Below are positions 61,452 to 64,000 of a stretch of 64,000 nucleotides of DNA, in pieces. How positions within the stretch are numbered: position 1 is the first letter of the stretch; the number at the start of each line of letters is the position of its first letter. Below the pieces are notes generated by a model. That model saw only the letters and a program-made list of their open reading frames with translations. It ran no database searches and was not told where the DNA came from. The position numbers were made by a program, and so were the translations under genes. This DNA is from Paragordius varius (taxonomy: Eukaryota; Animalia; Nematomorpha), in assembly GCA_964247055.1 (NCBI GenBank), contig OZ176054.1, forward strand, positions 3,596,001 to 3,660,000, in the 5' to 3' direction.

Positions 61452-64000
61452 GAAAAAGGGTCCTCCATACGAAGGCGTAATTCAAGGCGATGAAAGCAAT
61501 AATTTTGGTCGAAGGCGGACTCACAGACATCACACCCATAAATTGGCTCAACACCATTATCATTATAATCATGAGAAATTGTTGGGGAGATACCCGCCTC
61601 TCCCTCAAATACTACTTCATAACACCAGGGAAACAAATACTACTCGTGAAATGATTAATCAAGGTTGTTTCTTTGTATTTAGTTAATGGATAGTTAATTT
61701 TAGAGCCATGTCTGGTGATTACAATATGTTTAATGATAATTTTTGTATTTGTAATTTTACGTTACGTATAAAATGATAAAGAATCTTGCATAACCTTATT
61801 TAAAGTTTAATAGAGTCAATTGTTTTAATTCTCAATTAGGGTGAATAATTTCAGAGATTATGTTGTGTTGTGTCATAATAGGTTTTATAAGGAATGGGGT
61901 TTATGCAATTGATATTTGACTAACTTTAACCGGTTAACGCGTTATGAATTGAAATTATTGACCTTATTACATATTAGTTTTGTATTCGAATACAAAAGAA
62001 GTACTCATAACAATAGAATAATTTGTATTCCATTCAAATCATATCAAATAAATACCTTATTTTATTTAATTTGGGTTTTTTAGCTCCTAATCAAAGGGAA
62101 ACATTAATGCACAAAATGCAAACTCTATCCATGAATGACAAAAAAGGTGATAAATTTCAAGGTATTAGCACCCATGTCAATGATACCAACAATAACATTT
62201 TAAAATCGAGCAATCGTCAACCTTTGAATTATACACTCAATAAAAATAATTCAATGAATTTGCCAAAAAATGCAAATATGAATGTGAATAATAATACGAC
62301 AAAATGGGCTACTAAATTACGACCAGAAGAAATAAAGGGATTTAAACCATCCATCATACCTGGCACCAATAAAACTAGTAGTTCTGGAATACAAAAGGAT
62401 ATTTTACAACAACAACCCACAGAAAAATTATTGAAAAATGAGGATACCACTTTATTATTTGAACAAACACGAAATGTGCAAGATAGCAATGATATGGTAA
62501 TTAATGATAAGTTAATTTGTAGAATAATTTTAAAGTTGTGTTTTTTTTTAAATTAAACATTAAACGCTTTCTGGAAAAAATTATCTATATATTTATATAT
62601 ATAAACGTAAAATTTTTCTGTGGACGGTTAAGTTTTTACTTTTTACAACTATCCGATAAAAAAGTGAAGTAGTTTATAAAATTTATTTGTAAAGGATTAC
62701 ACCAATAATTCATTGAATGGTGTGATAATGTCCAAGGATATGGCCACAACCTCGTCGTCTATCATAACAAATCCAAGTGATACCAATTTAGTGCCGCAAA
62801 ATGTTTCATCGACTTTATCCCCGGATCTTCAAAAACTTCCACCTTTAACGAACAAAAAATTTTGCATTACCCAGGATAAACGACAAAATTGTCATGTGCA
62901 AAGGTATACATTTCTTCCTTGATTTAGCGCAATTTTATAATTTTTCTCTAGGGTTAACTTTGAAGTAAGGTTTGTGAACTTAAAATATTTTACCCTATTT
63001 TAGACAGTAAAAATTGAAATAAAAAACAAAAAAATAAATGCTAACTAACCTCTTATAAATAAAAAAATTTTTATGATGCGAATTTTTTATTATAATAATC
63101 TGTGGTTTTGATCCTCAAATAAAGAACAGAATTAATATTTTTTTATTTTTTAAATAACACTTATAATCTAGACTATATGAAAAAAATTAGCATTAAAAAT
63201 ATCGGTTCTTTGTTTAAATAATCATTTATTATTAATGTTTCCTTTTTAACTAATTTCATTGCATATTTGTTCAGAAATGACTTTCTACTAAACAGAAATC
63301 TAAATAATAGTGGTCAACCAATTAGGTTAGATCTTAATAATCGGCCTAATCGATCACATTCAATTTCCGAGTTTCCTAGTGCATACACCACCGTTTCCTC
63401 TACGAATGGGGGCAACACTAGGGGTTTCAACACTTCTTTAACTTGTGATAATATGCTACTTTGTCGCACAAAATCTATTGGAGAGACTCGACATTGGTTT
63501 AATAATAATAATAATAATTACAAGTATTCAAAAGAAACCCCTAAAAATGATAGTTATGGACATAATGAAAACACTATCGAAGATCGTAATGTAAACGGAA
63601 ACGATATGGAAAACTATGAAAAAGGAATGGGACATCGTCGCTTAAATAATCCAGGTTACAGAAATATATTTATATATAATATATATCTTGCTTCATATTG
63701 TTTTAAATGCATGCCACAAGGCATTTTCGGAATAATTTGTTATAAATATAACTATAATGTTGTTTTAAAGTGATATAATCGCTATTCTTTAAATATGTTT
63801 TATTTAAATGGTATTTTTACTTCAACAACAAGCATAGAAAGCCTATGTTTACCGTTTTAAATAGCTCCATGTTGATCTAGGACGCAAATTATAATACATT
63901 TTAATTGTAAGTAATCATATATGTATGTATGTATGTATCCCTTAGATGTTTTTAAATTACCACCCGAACTAATCTCACACCACTTGGCTAATCTCACGAA
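61452..64000 (+). CDS. Chain of phase-consistent exons encoding a low-complexity His/Asn-rich protein segment, continuing past the window; either a long CK1 tail or a separate gene
   Basis: Exons 61452-61663, 62084-62496, 62695-62903, 63275-63654 and 63946 to beyond 64000. Each has AG/GT ends, all four junctions preserve frame, and none has an internal stop. Confidence 0.7.

Overview
Very AT-rich, intron-containing eukaryotic DNA. The gene set (ZSWIM8, TEX11, initiator tRNA sequence) points to an animal; the species cannot be determined from the sequence. There is no prokaryotic content. Genes rebuilt by hand from GT-AG junctions with consistent reading phase: ZSWIM8 (+, 5'-truncated, 28 exons in the window, 114-22169), NAT9 (-), CCDC25 (-), TEX11/ZIP4 (+), a secreted-type alpha-carbonic anhydrase (+), a casein kinase 1 (+, possibly with a long spliced tail running off the window) and an initiator tRNA-Met. 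Pseudogene remnants include RWDD2-like and STE20-type kinase fragments. Mobile DNA: a 4.1-kb Tc1/mariner-ended foldback hairpin in a ZSWIM8 intron, two defective hAT elements with 8-bp TSDs, a tRNA-derived SINE family, MITEs and dispersed repeats. The main observation is a class of ultra-short spliceosomal introns: 19 introns of 21-29 nt in four genes, most of them needed to restore conserved reading frames, coexisting with introns of 80 to about 4900 nt. Other notable items are a SINE whose TSD duplicated a splice acceptor, a hAT carrying an antisense copy of its own transposase, an operon-like TEX11 to carbonic anhydrase junction, a carbonic anhydrase lacking Thr199, and a roughly 67-aa Asn-rich insertion inside the ZSWIM8 SWIM finger. 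All homology calls come from recalled motifs, not database searches, and percent identities are by-eye estimates.
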